A DNA stretch of 55,336 bases, from the IMG/VR virus record IMGVR_UViG_2541047870_000005; one strand, written 5' to 3'. Within the stretch, counting starts at the first letter, position 1. The number at the start of each line of letters is the position of its first letter. This document shows positions 27,465-37,330 of this stretch, piece by piece. The stretch comes from a virus (Duplodnaviria > Heunggongvirae > Uroviricota > Caudoviricetes). The position numbers were made by a program, and so were the translations under genes. A model generated the notes under the pieces. The model searched no databases. It was not told where the DNA came from and saw only the letters and a list, made by a program, of their open reading frames with translations.

Positions 27465-29879
27465 TTAATACAGATCCCGCCACTTATCATCTTCCTGCAA
27501 ACGCTGGTTCCGATAGAAGATACGCAGGCCTGCTCCTGACGGAATACTGCCGCCGCGAAGGAGTAAATCGACCTCTTTCTCGCTGCCATCAAATCCTCTG
27601 GACTTCAGTTCATAGACGAGCTGCTGTCGCTGATGGTCTGTAATTCGCTGTTTGTAGTCTTTACGCCGTTTCGGTTTCACCAGGCGTAACCTTGCAGCCA
27701 GTTCCCGGCGCTCTTTTTTGCTCATACTGTGCAGGTAATCGTGCAACTCCTTGTCATCCATGCGGGTAATGTCCGTTCTGGTATCCCCATCAGCTGATTT
27801 GTCTTTCCCTTGTTGGTTCAAATTTTCAGCAAGGGGACAGTTATTGCCACGAGTCCAAGGGGCGCAAGCGCCCTGGTCGGCTGCCGCCTCCTGAACGTCA
27901 ACGGCCTTACGAACCATTTTCCACTTCACCGCATGAGTGCAGATCTTGCCCTCTGCAATGGGTGACCAGATGCCATAAATACGAATACCGTGATCGCCAT
28001 AGGCGGTCGGTTCTTCGTTGATTTCATAAGCAGTTCTGATGAGGTGATATTTGCGGGGAACCAGTACGCCGCCCTGCTTCATGATGTAGGTGGCAAAACA
28101 ACCAGCATCAGCAGCAGCCAGGATTGCATCAAGGCGCGGGTTATCCAGTACCGGCGCACCTGCTTTTTTGTCCCCCTGTTGCCTTGCCGCCTGACCAGCC
28201 AGCAATCGCAGTTCACGGTAAGCCTGACGCCCCGGAATGCCAAAGAAGCGGAATTGCTGAACACGATGCAGAGACGCCCAGGCATTAACGTATTCAGCGT
28301 TATCACGCAGGGATTTACCCGTTTCCTTGCTGATCTCGCCAGCCAGACCACGCCCGTCAATGTTCTTACTGATGTATTTCGCGATGTAGCTTGTTGGCGT
28401 ACCTTTGCGCGGGTTTATCAGCTCAGACTTAAAGCGTGGTCCCGTGTTATTACCCAGCTCCTCGCGGTCTTCACGAATGGCAAACTTACGCAACAAAGCA
28501 GTAATGGTGCGGCGATCTTTTTTGCGCATAAAACACAACAGATGCCAGTGAACTGTACCGTCATGATGCGGCTCAGCCACCCGCACGCCATACCAGCGCA
28601 ATCCGGCTTTGTGCATCGCCTTACGAAATGCAGCAAACATGCCGACCAGATAATCACTGCTTTGTCTTACCGTCGCATTTGTCCAGGTCGGGTTGGGCCT
28701 GCCGTTATTTAGCGTGGAATGGAAACGTGACGGACAGGTGATGGTGTAGAAAACGGCGCAGTCACCGCGCATTTCCGCGATAAGCTCCAGACCTTTAACA
28801 CAGGCCATCATCTCATTGCGGCGATGCGCAGGGTTGCTGCTGCTGGCGTTTACCACATCCTCCATGTCCAGCGTGTCGCCGTCTTCGTTCACCAGTTCAT
28901 GAGAACGGAAAAACTCCAGTGACTTGCGGCGCTGCTCACGTTTATGCATCACGGCTTCATAGCTGACATAGGGAGATGCTTTTTTGCTGACCAGGCAAAC
29001 AGCACGCAACTGCTCTTCCCGCCATTCGCAACGCATCTTCCACAATTTCCGATACCACCAGTCGGCGCACAGCATACGCGCCAGCGACCCCGGAATGAGT
29101 TCATAGGGCACGGGTTTACGGCGGTTTCTTTTCCGGCGGAGTTGCTCAAACGCAGGCGGTATGACATCCAGTCGCAGGGTTTCTGCTGCCACCTTTTCCC
29201 ATGTCTTGCGGATTTCTTCTGGCTTAACATCATCGGTGGCATACAAATCGCCACAAGCAGCATCAAGGCACATGCTCATATGCGCAGCTACCAAGGTGGA
29301 CAGGCGTTTCACCTGATCCTGACTCATTTCAGGCAGAATCAGCAGGCCATCCAGCCCTTCATGGCTTGCCATAAAGCGAAAAGAAGTGGATAGCTGACTG
29401 TCGCGTACATGCTCCAGCCGTTCCAGACATGGCTTAATCGTCTCACGCAAATAGCGGGAATAAGCCTTTGGCCTGCCCAGGCTGCTGAAGTATTCAATAC
29501 GTTGCATCAGCGGCTTGCTGATATGGGAAGGCTGGGCGTTAACGTCCGCCAGAATGACCATGTCTGGATTAAAACGCTGCTGCTCATGCGCCAGCTTTGC
29601 CCAGCTAATGAGCTTATCCTGCTCCATTTCGCGTTGGACAGGATCACGGGATTCATTAAAGAAATAACGCTCCCAGACCTGAGCACTCAGTGCCTCGCGG
29701 CGCAGCTGTTCCTGCTCGTTATCGGCAGCGTACAGAGTGATCAGGTTTGAAAGCGCAGAAACCGGCGCGACTTCCGCCGGGTCCAGATAAGGGTTAATGG
29801 CCTTTTTCGGGCTGTTCCATGAGAATGCTGCGGCGGCCTCGTTAAAGCCGCTGCAGTTGTTCATATCAGCATGGCTCAT
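27465..29879 (-). CDS. A: Replication initiation protein gpA-like (rolling-circle endonuclease)
   Basis: 804-aa ORF in the position of P2/186 A; contains YIAKYISK-type tyrosine motif. Confidence 0.8.
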   Translation of the reverse strand: MSHADMNNCSGFNEAAAAFSWNSPKKAINPYLDPAEVAPVSALSNLITLYAADNEQEQLRREALSAQVWERYFFNESRDPVQREMEQDKLISWAKLAHEQQRFNPDMVILADVNAQPSHISKPLMQRIEYFSSLGRPKAYSRYLRETIKPCLERLEHVRDSQLSTSFRFMASHEGLDGLLILPEMSQDQVKRLSTLVAAHMSMCLDAACGDLYATDDVKPEEIRKTWEKVAAETLRLDVIPPAFEQLRRKRNRRKPVPYELIPGSLARMLCADWWYRKLWKMRCEWREEQLRAVCLVSKKASPYVSYEAVMHKREQRRKSLEFFRSHELVNEDGDTLDMEDVVNASSSNPAHRRNEMMACVKGLELIAEMRGDCAVFYTITCPSRFHSTLNNGRPNPTWTNATVRQSSDYLVGMFAAFRKAMHKAGLRWYGVRVAEPHHDGTVHWHLLCFMRKKDRRTITALLRKFAIREDREELGNNTGPRFKSELINPRKGTPTSYIAKYISKNIDGRGLAGEISKETGKSLRDNAEYVNAWASLHRVQQFRFFGIPGRQAYRELRLLAGQAARQQGDKKAGAPVLDNPRLDAILAAADAGCFATYIMKQGGVLVPRKYHLIRTAYEINEEPTAYGDHGIRIYGIWSPIAEGKICTHAVKWKMVRKAVDVQEAAADQGACAPWTRGNNCPLAENLNQQGKDKSADGDTRTDITRMDDKELHDYLHSMSKKERRELAARLRLVKPKRRKDYKQRITDHQRQQLVYELKSRGFDGSEKEVDLLLRGGSIPSGAGLRIFYRNQRLQEDDKWRDLY

Positions 29880-30733
29880 GCACGCACTCCGTTCACGGCA
29901 GAACTATCCACGCCACGCAAAGGATCAAATCCCACCCAGCAGCGCGCCCCGGAAACAGCGATGATTTCTGTTGCAGATTTACTCTCACCAGCTGCTACGC
30001 CGATGCTGCGTTTTGCCTTGATGTAGTGGTGAGTAAAATTGCGATACAGCGAACGGATCAGGGATGTGTCACTGTTAGAAACAATGACCGGATGTCCTTC
30101 AGATGCTCGATGTTCAAGAACGGATGCCAGGTGATACTGGTCATCTTCAGTGAAACCATCAGTGTGATAGCCGGAAAACGTACCGTCATACGGCGGATCG
30201 CAATACACCACATCCCCCGCCTTCAACATCGCCAGCGTTTCATCAAAGCTGGCGCAGATAAACGTTGCCCGCTGGGCTTTTTCTGCAAATGCGCGAATTT
30301 CTTTTTCAGGTAAATACGGATTTTTATAATTACCGTAGGGAATGTTGAAATGCCCGCTCTTGTTATAGCGATATAAACCACGGTAACCGTGACGATTGAG
30401 ATACAGGAAATATACCGCTTTCATGAAATCAGTAATTTCAGTTGAGTAATTAAACTCCTGCCTTATGTTGTAATAAGCTACCTCCCTGTTTGCGATCTCA
30501 AATAAAACTCTGGCGCGAGATATAAACGATTCACAATCAGCGGCAACCTTTTTATAGAGGTTGATTAAATCAGGATTAATATCCGCAACCAGATAGCTTG
30601 GATAATCCGTCTCCATCATCACCGCACAGGAACCCGCGAAAGGTTCAACCAGTCGCGGGCCAGCAGGAAGGTGTTTTTTCAGTTCGGACATAATTGCGGT
30701 TTTATTTCCCGCCCATTTCAGGATGGTGCTCAT
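29876..30733 (-). CDS. dam: Phage DNA adenine methyltransferase (Dam family)
   Basis: ILKWAGNK...LVEPFAGS...DIN.DLI.LY...DPPY motifs; start taken at the internal Met ([11 protein letters not shown]); the ORF track extends to 30793. Confidence 0.8.
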   Translation of the reverse strand: MSTILKWAGNKTAIMSELKKHLPAGPRLVEPFAGSCAVMMETDYPSYLVADINPDLINLYKKVAADCESFISRARVLFEIANREVAYYNIRQEFNYSTEITDFMKAVYFLYLNRHGYRGLYRYNKSGHFNIPYGNYKNPYLPEKEIRAFAEKAQRATFICASFDETLAMLKAGDVVYCDPPYDGTFSGYHTDGFTEDDQYHLASVLEHRASEGHPVIVSNSDTSLIRSLYRNFTHHYIKAKRSIGVAAGESKSATEIIAVSGARCWVGFDPLRGVDSSAVNGVRA

Positions 30734-30957
30734 ACAGCACCTCCGTTGTAATGTTTGCCTTTCAGCTCTGCGATTTCCTGACAGGTAATGCAAAGCTGCA
30801 CACCCGGAATGGCACGACGGCGTGCTGGCGGAATTGGCGCTTCACACTCAACGCAAAGCACGCGGGACACGCCCGGTGTTTTGGCACGGGCAGCACGGAT
30901 ATGACGTTGGCGTTCTTCTTCAACTCGCTGCTGTACGAGATCCATTGCATCAGCCAT
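30730..30957 (-). CDS. TraR/DksA-family C4 zinc-finger protein
   Basis: 75-aa ORF with CVEC...CITC four-cysteine motif. Confidence 0.7.
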   Translation of the reverse strand: MADAMDLVQQRVEEERQRHIRAARAKTPGVSRVLCVECEAPIPPARRRAIPGVQLCITCQEIAELKGKHYNGGAV

Positions 30958-31196
30958 CAGTGGATCTCCTGCGCTTCGTTCTGGATTGCTTCAGCAGTCA
31001 CACGCAGCAGTTCTGCCGCTTCGACGTGGTTTAACTGGCGGGATGTGATATGACACGCCAGGCTATCAAGGCGGGCAGCCATTGCCTCAGCCCTTGCCCG
31101 ACGTTCTTCAAGACGGGCCTCTGTCAGTAAAAGATTAAGACCTGCATCATCCGGTCCGGTTTTAGTCGTGAGGGTTTCAATATTACGCATAATCAA
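30957..31196 (-). CDS. Hypothetical early-region protein (79 aa)
   Basis: ORF in operon context between dam and upstream early genes. Confidence 0.5.
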   Translation of the reverse strand: MIMRNIETLTTKTGPDDAGLNLLLTEARLEERRARAEAMAARLDSLACHITSRQLNHVEAAELLRVTAEAIQNEAQEIH

Positions 31197-31257
31197 TTCT
31201 CCTGAATTTAGATAAAGGGATGCCCGGCGGGTTTACGCCATTAATTTCATTAGTTGG

Positions 31258-31599
31258 TTAATTCGGCATGGTTAGCCGTCTGGGAAATAAGCTCACCACT
31301 GCACGAAAATGATTCATTGCTTTAATCAACTCCCGCTTTTCGTCAGTGGTCAGCTCATTAATGCTGATGCTATGACGTTCAGCTGGAATTTTTGCCATAA
31401 AGAATATGGCAGCCAGTGCCCGTTTATTTTGTTCGCTATTAATATCCCGTGAATCACGCATATCTTTAATAAACCGCTCAAGCTCTGACTCAATATTCAG
31501 GCCAAAAACTTTCGCCCTTAACTCCGCAATGTGATTAAGTCCATTCAGGCGTTCACCGGGGCTTAATGGAACAGTCGCCGCAGTGCCTTCAATAGCCAT
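31258..31599 (-). CDS. Hypothetical early-region protein (113 aa)
   Basis: ORF in the early operon. Confidence 0.5.
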   Translation of the reverse strand: MAIEGTAATVPLSPGERLNGLNHIAELRAKVFGLNIESELERFIKDMRDSRDINSEQNKRALAAIFFMAKIPAERHSISINELTTDEKRELIKAMNHFRAVVSLFPRRLTMPN

Positions 31600-31680
31600 T
31601 TATGCATCCCACAACACATCTACTAAAAAATTTTTGATATGATCCATTACCAACATATTGATAGCTAGAAGGAATCATCA

Positions 31681-31929
31681 ATGTTGAACCCGGTTGAAAG
31701 AGAGCGTATAGAGCAACTTGAAAACGAGATCTCCAGTCTTCGCGATGAGGTTGCTGTTCAACGAATTCTTGTTTCAGGTCTGATCCACTCCTTATTTCGA
31801 ACTGACTCAGCAAATCAATCAGCATTTTTTGAGCTCCTCCGCGAAGAATTAAACAAACTTCCTTTAGGTTCGGTTAAACAACAAGAATTCACTCATCTGA
31901 TACAGACACTGATAGATCGTTACCGATAA
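31681..31929 (+). CDS. Hypothetical coiled-coil protein (82 aa) on the strand opposite to the early operon
   Basis: SD-like aggaa upstream of the ATG; competes with minus-strand ORF 31589-31825. Confidence 0.35.
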   Translation: MLNPVERERIEQLENEISSLRDEVAVQRILVSGLIHSLFRTDSANQSAFFELLREELNKLPLGSVKQQEFTHLIQTLIDRYR

Positions 31930-32144
31930 ATATTTCGCCGATAACGTTCAAGAGGTGATGTCTTTATACGCATCACTTCTTGTACTTTTTCACCACGTAT
32001 AAAGGTTCCATCCTTTAGCGTGAAAAAGTAGCTACCATCGCCCGACAACGACGGATAACAACAGAGCAAATCATCTTCAGGTACTGAATAATTCTCCCCT
32101 CTGTAACGAAAGTGATAAACCACTTTATTTTCTGCCGCATACAT
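31920..32144 (-). CDS. Hypothetical early-region protein (74 aa)
   Basis: ORF downstream of cII; overlapping alternative frame 32015-32341 not excluded. Confidence 0.35.
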   Translation of the reverse strand: MYAAENKVVYHFRYRGENYSVPEDDLLCCYPSLSGDGSYFFTLKDGTFIRGEKVQEVMRIKTSPLERYRRNIYR

Positions 32145-32318
32145 TTGGACTTTCTCCGTTTCCTCGTGGTCAATTCAGACAGCAATTCATCTTGTGAACG
32201 GCACGGATGCCAGCGTTTACCATCCTCACCCATGATCCAGCCGTGACCGTAGTGCATTGCCGGGCTTTGTTTTACCAGCAGCGATGCAAATGATGGTTCT
32301 TTCGTCAGCATAAGCACC

Positions 32319-32828
32319 TCACAGCAAACCGAATGAAGCACCGAGGCCAGTCACGGTATCAACTGCACTCGCCATCGCAGGATTAGCCTGTAAACGGGCC
32401 TGCAATGAAACAGCCGCCAGCGCCATCAGTCGTGTTACAGAGTTAATGCTGCTGATAGCATCACGACGACCGGCACAGGTTTTTACATCGCCAGATACCG
32501 CACCTGCAGCAACACGCCCGATCTCTGCGGTTGCACTCATGACGTAATGTGGCAGTTTCTCTTTTGCCACCTCATTAATCGGTACACATGGCAGACAATG
32601 AATCTGAGCCAGAAAGCCATCGACCAGCGTTGAATCTTCAGTCAGATCGGTAAGCAACCAGATTTCTGACGGCGTGAGCTGATGTGATTGTTCCGGGTTA
32701 AGCTTGTTACGCAGCGTCTGGACGTTCATTCCCGCGCGTTCTGCCAGCTTCGCCATGTTGTGACGCAGTGCGAAAGCCCGACAGGCTTCATCAAAATGCG
32801 GATGTTTGGAAATCTTGTAATCAAACAT
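32319..32828 (-). CDS. cII: CII-like establishment regulator (186 type)
   Basis: 169-aa ORF downstream of apl, divergent from cI, same size as 186 CII; HTH-like NVQTLRNKLN. Confidence 0.65.
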   Translation of the reverse strand: MFDYKISKHPHFDEACRAFALRHNMAKLAERAGMNVQTLRNKLNPEQSHQLTPSEIWLLTDLTEDSTLVDGFLAQIHCLPCVPINEVAKEKLPHYVMSATAEIGRVAAGAVSGDVKTCAGRRDAISSINSVTRLMALAAVSLQARLQANPAMASAVDTVTGLGASFGLL

Positions 32829-32860
32829 GGTGCTCCCTTAGAAAGTTCCCATAATTGAAG

Positions 32861-33103
32861 TTACTTACCAACAATGACGCGGAAGTTGGAATGACCGAGG
32901 GATTCACGGACCTGATCAGTTTTGTACATCAGATAACGCAGGCTTACGCGGCCTTTGTTTTTTTCTTTCTTGACCATGTACTTAGCGAGTTGGCCATGGT
33001 GAATTTTTTGGTAAACAGACCCACGGGAAATACCTTCCCATTCAGCGAATTCAGCAGGCGTAGCCATCTCTTTTGGTACACGAATTGAAATATCTGTGCT
33101 CAT
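32861..33103 (-). CDS. apl: Apl/Cox-like excisionase-repressor
   Basis: 80-aa ORF, first gene of the rightward-type operon facing cI; HTH-like AEWEGISRGSVYQKI. Confidence 0.65.
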   Translation of the reverse strand: MSTDISIRVPKEMATPAEFAEWEGISRGSVYQKIHHGQLAKYMVKKEKNKGRVSLRYLMYKTDQVRESLGHSNFRVIVGK

Positions 33104-33210
33104 AGTGCAGTATCCTTAGATTTAAGTTAGTTTTATCTCGTTTTAGCTCACTTTTCGGGATTCCCCTTGCGGGATAATCGCGATACTACGATCACTTTAA
33201 GTGGTCGTCA
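33104..33210. promoter_or_regulatory. Lysis-lysogeny switch region (divergent promoters/operators between apl and cI)
   Basis: 107-bp intergenic region between divergent regulator genes; positional inference. Confidence 0.45.
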
Positions 33211-33855
33211 ATGGAGTATTTGATGATCAACATTCAGGCAGGTCCCAATACGGGAGGTAGAGAGGCGATCGAAAGATTGCTTAAGGCATATGGATTCAGC
33301 ACCAAACAAGCACTAGCTGACCATTTAAAAATTTCAAAAAGCACTATGGCAAACAGAAACTTACGAGATAGCTTTCCTGCTGAGTGGGTCATCCAGTGTG
33401 CACTTGAAACAGGGGTTTCGCTGCTATGGCTAGCCACAGGCCAGGGTGAAATGTTCACTTCAGAAGATCGAGAAAAAAATCCCGTAAACGAGTCAAACGT
33501 CACGCTTCGACCACTTTCCAAAATCGTTGCCCCCAGCATTAAGCAAGCCGAATTGAAGAATGGGGAGTTGAATAACGAAGGGGAAGTCTTGCTTGATAGC
33601 AGCTTACTGGACAGTGAGCCCGGCAATTCATTGTTTATAAAAACGTCTACTGACTGCTTTGTAGTGGATATATCTGTCAAACAGGTTAGCAATGGTTACT
33701 GGCTTGTCGATATTGATGGGGTGAAAAGCATCGTCAAGATTGCCCGAATACCAGGCAACAGAATTGTTGTTCACCAGGACGACTCATCCTTTGAGTGTTC
33801 TGTTGATGATGTGGAAGTTGTCGGGCGAGCCATTAAAGTAATCAAGAGTATTTAG
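33211..33855 (+). CDS. cI: CI-type immunity repressor (186-like, N-terminal HTH plus C-terminal domain)
   Basis: 214-aa ORF upstream of int, HTH motif STKQALADHLKISKSTMANR; true start may be the Met at 33223. Confidence 0.75.
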   Translation: MEYLMINIQAGPNTGGREAIERLLKAYGFSTKQALADHLKISKSTMANRNLRDSFPAEWVIQCALETGVSLLWLATGQGEMFTSEDREKNPVNESNVTLRPLSKIVAPSIKQAELKNGELNNEGEVLLDSSLLDSEPGNSLFIKTSTDCFVVDISVKQVSNGYWLVDIDGVKSIVKIARIPGNRIVVHQDDSSFECSVDDVEVVGRAIKVIKSI

Positions 33856-33857
33856 TC

Positions 33858-34877
33858 ATGACCATCAGGAAACAGCCGAACGGAAAATGGTTGTGTGAGT
33901 GCTACCCTAACGGGCGGGACGGCAAGCGCGTGCGCAAGCAATTTGCGACGAAAGGCGAAGCCGTAGCATTCGAAAACTTCACCATGGATGAAGTAAACAA
34001 AAAACCATGGCTGGGGGAAAAGGAAGATCGGCGGCATCTGTCAGAAGTGATAGAGCAATGGCACTCACTATACGGGCAGACGCTCGCAGACCCCAAACGC
34101 CTGATGGCGAAACTTAGAATTATCTGTAATGGCCTGGGCGACCCTATCGCCTCAGAGCTGACCGCCGGAGATTTTACGAAATACCGTGAAGCGCGATTAA
34201 AAGGTGAAGTGCGAAATGAAGATGGCGCGCTTATGTCGCCAGTTAAGCCCCGAACGGTAAACCTCGAACAACGCAACCTATCATCAGTTTTTGGGACTCT
34301 GAAAAAACTGGGCCACTGGTCAGCCCCTAACCCGCTCGCCGGTCTGCCAACATTCAAAATCGCAGAGGGTGAACTGGCATTCCTGACCCCAGAAGAAATT
34401 AAACGCCTGCTGGATGCCTGCGCGGATTCTCAAAGCCCCAGCCTGCTGATGATTGCAAAAATATGCCTAGCTACTGGTGCGCGGTGGAGTGAAGCAGAAA
34501 ACCTGCAGGGCCATCAGTTATCAAAATACCGCATCACTTATACCAAGACGAAGGGCAAGAAAAACCGTACCGTGCCGATATCTCAGGATCTGTATGACGA
34601 ACTCCCCAAGAACAGAGGGAAGTTATTCACCCCATGCAGAAAAGCTTTTGAGCGTGCAGTTAAACGAGCTGGTATCGACTTGCCAGAGGGACAATGTACC
34701 CACGTCTTGCGCCATACATTCGCCAGTTACTTTATGATGAATGGAGGGAATATTCTTGTACTAAGAGATATTTTAGGCCATTCAGATATAAAAATGACTA
34801 TGGTCTATTCTCATTTTTCACCTGAGCATCTTGAAGATGCTGTAACAAAAAACCCTTTATCATCACTAGCGATTTAA
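33858..34877 (+). CDS. int: Tyrosine integrase (P2/186 Int family)
   Basis: 339-aa ORF after cI; C-terminal catalytic-region motifs (HVLRHTFAS, LGHSDIKMTMVYSH). Confidence 0.85.
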   Translation: MTIRKQPNGKWLCECYPNGRDGKRVRKQFATKGEAVAFENFTMDEVNKKPWLGEKEDRRHLSEVIEQWHSLYGQTLADPKRLMAKLRIICNGLGDPIASELTAGDFTKYREARLKGEVRNEDGALMSPVKPRTVNLEQRNLSSVFGTLKKLGHWSAPNPLAGLPTFKIAEGELAFLTPEEIKRLLDACADSQSPSLLMIAKICLATGARWSEAENLQGHQLSKYRITYTKTKGKKNRTVPISQDLYDELPKNRGKLFTPCRKAFERAVKRAGIDLPEGQCTHVLRHTFASYFMMNGGNILVLRDILGHSDIKMTMVYSHFSPEHLEDAVTKNPLSSLAI

Positions 34878-34881
34878 CATA

Positions 34882-36093
34882 ATGAAAATTAATAAAATTA
34901 GTACCACAGATTATGTAGCAATGCTTAATGAAATATTATTCGAAATAGAGTCCAAACCACTATTACAAGCTCCTTATCTCGCGGGAAATAATATCATTAA
35001 AGATTTTAACAATAGGGTTAAATGTTACCTAGAAGTCATAAACAAGATTTACAGTAAAAACCCTCACAACCTTGTAATTCGTGAAATAAAATCAAAAATA
35101 AAAAGCACAAAAACACTCTCGGATAAAATTTCAGAAACACTTAGATTATATTTAAACGGTAAAATCAAAGAATCTTACCTAACATTTGATCACGCTATCA
35201 CCAAGACAAATATAAATGACCACATCTATAATATGTCCGTTCCATTAAGTGTATTTTGTCATCCTGGAAAACCTCTATTTCGCGTAAGAAAAAGCGATCA
35301 AATAATAAAAGAAAGGCGTGATATCTTTCATATTCCTTTTTCTAAACGTTATCTTGTGAATGCACAAAGATACTCAGTCTCAGGCCTTCCTTGTTTATAT
35401 TTAGGAACCTCTATTTTTGTATGTTGGCAAGAAATGGAAAAACCAGACTTTGATAAATTATATGTATCTTCATTCATCACAGAGTCTGGTTCATCACATA
35501 GAATACTTAACCTTGGTTATAATTTGAGATCAGCATTGAACATAAACACCTTAGCATGGCTGTTAGATAATGATACTGAAGGAACTATGAATAGGGTCAT
35601 TTCGAACTTAATTTCCTGGCCACTTGTGTTAGCCTGTAATTATACAAAACAACATAAAAACTCTAGTTTCAACCCTGAGTACATAATCCCCAACCTTCTT
35701 ATGCAATGGCTCAGCAGCAATGAAAATAAGGGCATAGCCGGTATCGCTTATCGCACGACTAAAATTCTCAATCAAAAAGATAGTGATATTGGTATTAATA
35801 TAATCATGCCACCTAAAATGGATAATATTTTGGATTCTGGTTATGATTACTGCCCACACTTACTAAATATATTTAAATTTACCAAACCTGTTTCATGGCA
35901 AGTATTTAGCACTTTAAACGTCAAGACCGATGGTATGGATGAAGATAGACTCATAATGGGAGGACCAACTCCAGCATCAGGTACAATTGAAGATTTTGAT
36001 GAATCGCTAGTGGAATATTACAATAATACCTCATTCAAAAAAGTTCAATTGTTAATTCATAAAATGATGAAGCATGATTATCTTGAGCCTTAA
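34882..36093 (+). CDS. RES-domain-like protein (403 aa) with about 150-aa N-terminal extension; AT-rich cargo
   Basis: Segment RYSVSGLPCLYLGTSIFVCWQE reproduces the spacing of the RES-domain core (R-W-N-x-P-G-x-P-x-L-Y-x-x-x-S...E) as I recall the consensus. Confidence 0.5.
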   Translation: MKINKISTTDYVAMLNEILFEIESKPLLQAPYLAGNNIIKDFNNRVKCYLEVINKIYSKNPHNLVIREIKSKIKSTKTLSDKISETLRLYLNGKIKESYLTFDHAITKTNINDHIYNMSVPLSVFCHPGKPLFRVRKSDQIIKERRDIFHIPFSKRYLVNAQRYSVSGLPCLYLGTSIFVCWQEMEKPDFDKLYVSSFITESGSSHRILNLGYNLRSALNINTLAWLLDNDTEGTMNRVISNLISWPLVLACNYTKQHKNSSFNPEYIIPNLLMQWLSSNENKGIAGIAYRTTKILNQKDSDIGINIIMPPKMDNILDSGYDYCPHLLNIFKFTKPVSWQVFSTLNVKTDGMDEDRLIMGGPTPASGTIEDFDESLVEYYNNTSFKKVQLLIHKMMKHDYLEP

Positions 36094-36126
36094 GTGGCGG
36101 CGTTTTGGCGGTAGAGTATTAAGAGG

Positions 36127-37080
36127 ATGCAGTTACAAAAAACCTCTAACTCCATTATAGAAATAGGAAGTGATCTGATGAATAACATCATCTATACAAA
36201 CGAACAATATGAAATCGAAAATCTAAGTATAGCCCTGTATGCAATTTTCGATAAAATAAAAGAAAGGATTTCCATCGCCGAAGAATCTAACATTTACACT
36301 ATCAGAGATGTTGGTCATAACTCGGAATCTCAAGTTTGCAAAAACACTTTTAATAAATTAACGCAATTTTTTGATTCAAACATTCTTTACATCCAAGACT
36401 GTGAAGTCTTAATTTCATATATAACAGAGTGTAGTTTGGAACTCTCTGTTATAGCGCAACAATTTTATGAAATACTCTGGAGCGATTTGTTAATAACCAC
36501 ACCAGACAAAGATTTTAAAGGGATTTTAGTAGCAAAATCGCCAAAAACAAGCTTGCTATTTTCTTTGTTAAGCATGCTATTTATAAAAATGAATAGTTTG
36601 TTTGACTACGTTACTAAAATCTCCTTTGAATTATTAAAGAGTAACTTCCCAATCTCTAAATACAAGAAATTAATATCCAAAAATAAATTATACGGCAACT
36701 ATAAAGAATTAGTTTTTTCGACAACAACGGATACCATATTTGAAAATAGCAATTTTATAAACACTGTAACATCATTACGAAATCATATAATTCACCACGG
36801 TTATATAGATGAGCACCCAAAGGTATATGTTGAAGTGGAAAATGGCATTGCATTTGGGAGATTTGTACTATTCCCCGATTTGAATGAGAGTGGAGGACTG
36901 GAAAATTGCATTAACAGAACTTTATTCTATTCAAAAGAAACAAAGATTGATGAAAAATTACCTGACTTAATTAAGGAATGCCAAATTAAAGTAATTAACT
37001 CGTTGAAGGTACTAATTAAAGATCATGAAGCATTAGAAGATTCAAGAAAGACTGGCGGCACTTTGGCGGCAGAGCATTAA
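36127..37080 (+). CDS. Hypothetical 317-aa protein with HEPN-like Rx4H motif (Abi-like candidate); AT-rich cargo
   Basis: Motif LRNHIIHHGY; gene lies 33 bp downstream of the RES-like gene on the same strand. Confidence 0.45.
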   Translation: MQLQKTSNSIIEIGSDLMNNIIYTNEQYEIENLSIALYAIFDKIKERISIAEESNIYTIRDVGHNSESQVCKNTFNKLTQFFDSNILYIQDCEVLISYITECSLELSVIAQQFYEILWSDLLITTPDKDFKGILVAKSPKTSLLFSLLSMLFIKMNSLFDYVTKISFELLKSNFPISKYKKLISKNKLYGNYKELVFSTTTDTIFENSNFINTVTSLRNHIIHHGYIDEHPKVYVEVENGIAFGRFVLFPDLNESGGLENCINRTLFYSKETKIDEKLPDLIKECQIKVINSLKVLIKDHEALEDSRKTGGTLAAEH

Positions 37081-37165
37081 AAACGAGTAAAATGAACAAA
37101 CACCGAGTAATACCAACCTACTGTTTTAAAAAGCAAATCATTGTTTTTGTTATAGTTAAGATAGT

Positions 37166-37210
37166 ATGTAGGAATTTCGGACGCGGGTTCAACTCCCGCC
37201 AGCTCCACCA
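37166..37210 (+). other. ssrA: 45-nt 3' terminal fragment of tmRNA gene ssrA ending in CCA (integration core / att copy), not a complete ssrA
   Basis: atgtaggaatttcggacgcgggttcaactcccgccagctccacca matches the E. coli ssrA 3' end; sequence upstream does not continue the ssrA match. Confidence 0.8.
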
Positions 37211-37245
37211 AATAATGATCCGGATACGTCCGGTGAAGTACAGAA

Positions 37246-37279
37246 AGCCCGCATGGCACAAGCCCTGCGGGCTTTTTTG
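37246..37279 (+). terminator. Rho-independent terminator downstream of the ssrA core
   Basis: agcccgca-tggcacaagccc-tgcgggct followed by tttttt. Confidence 0.7.
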
Positions 37280-37330
37280 TGTTTGTCGTTGTCCGAGAAC
37301 ATCCGGCTAAATCCGATGATTATTGGTATA

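Larger units (their letters stand above)
3463..34877. mobile_element. P2/186-family temperate myovirus prophage (recognisable gene content; true att boundaries unresolved and may extend beyond both coordinates)
   Basis: Collinear P2 gene order ogr-D-U-T-E-FII-FI-G-H-I-J-W-V-(moron)-S-R-lysC/lysB-K-Y-X-L-M-N-O / P-Q, then cos-like site, A, dam, 186-type cII-apl / cI-int. Confidence 0.8.

Noticed and set aside
27990-29393. Plus-strand ORFs (27990-28712, 28944-29393, 29409-29750) opposite replication gene A
   Set aside because: All are antisense within the A coding region and have no translation signals.
32015-32341. 108-aa minus-strand ORF overlapping both cII and the 74-aa ORF
   Set aside because: Overlaps two better-supported frames; it could be a real fil-like gene with a shorter start, but this cannot be resolved from sequence alone, so it is not called.
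37090-37210. Possible complete tmRNA or tRNA gene
   Set aside because: Only the terminal 45 nt match ssrA; the preceding sequence is AT-rich and unrelated, and no cloverleaf or tmRNA 5' domain is present, so it is annotated as an att core fragment.
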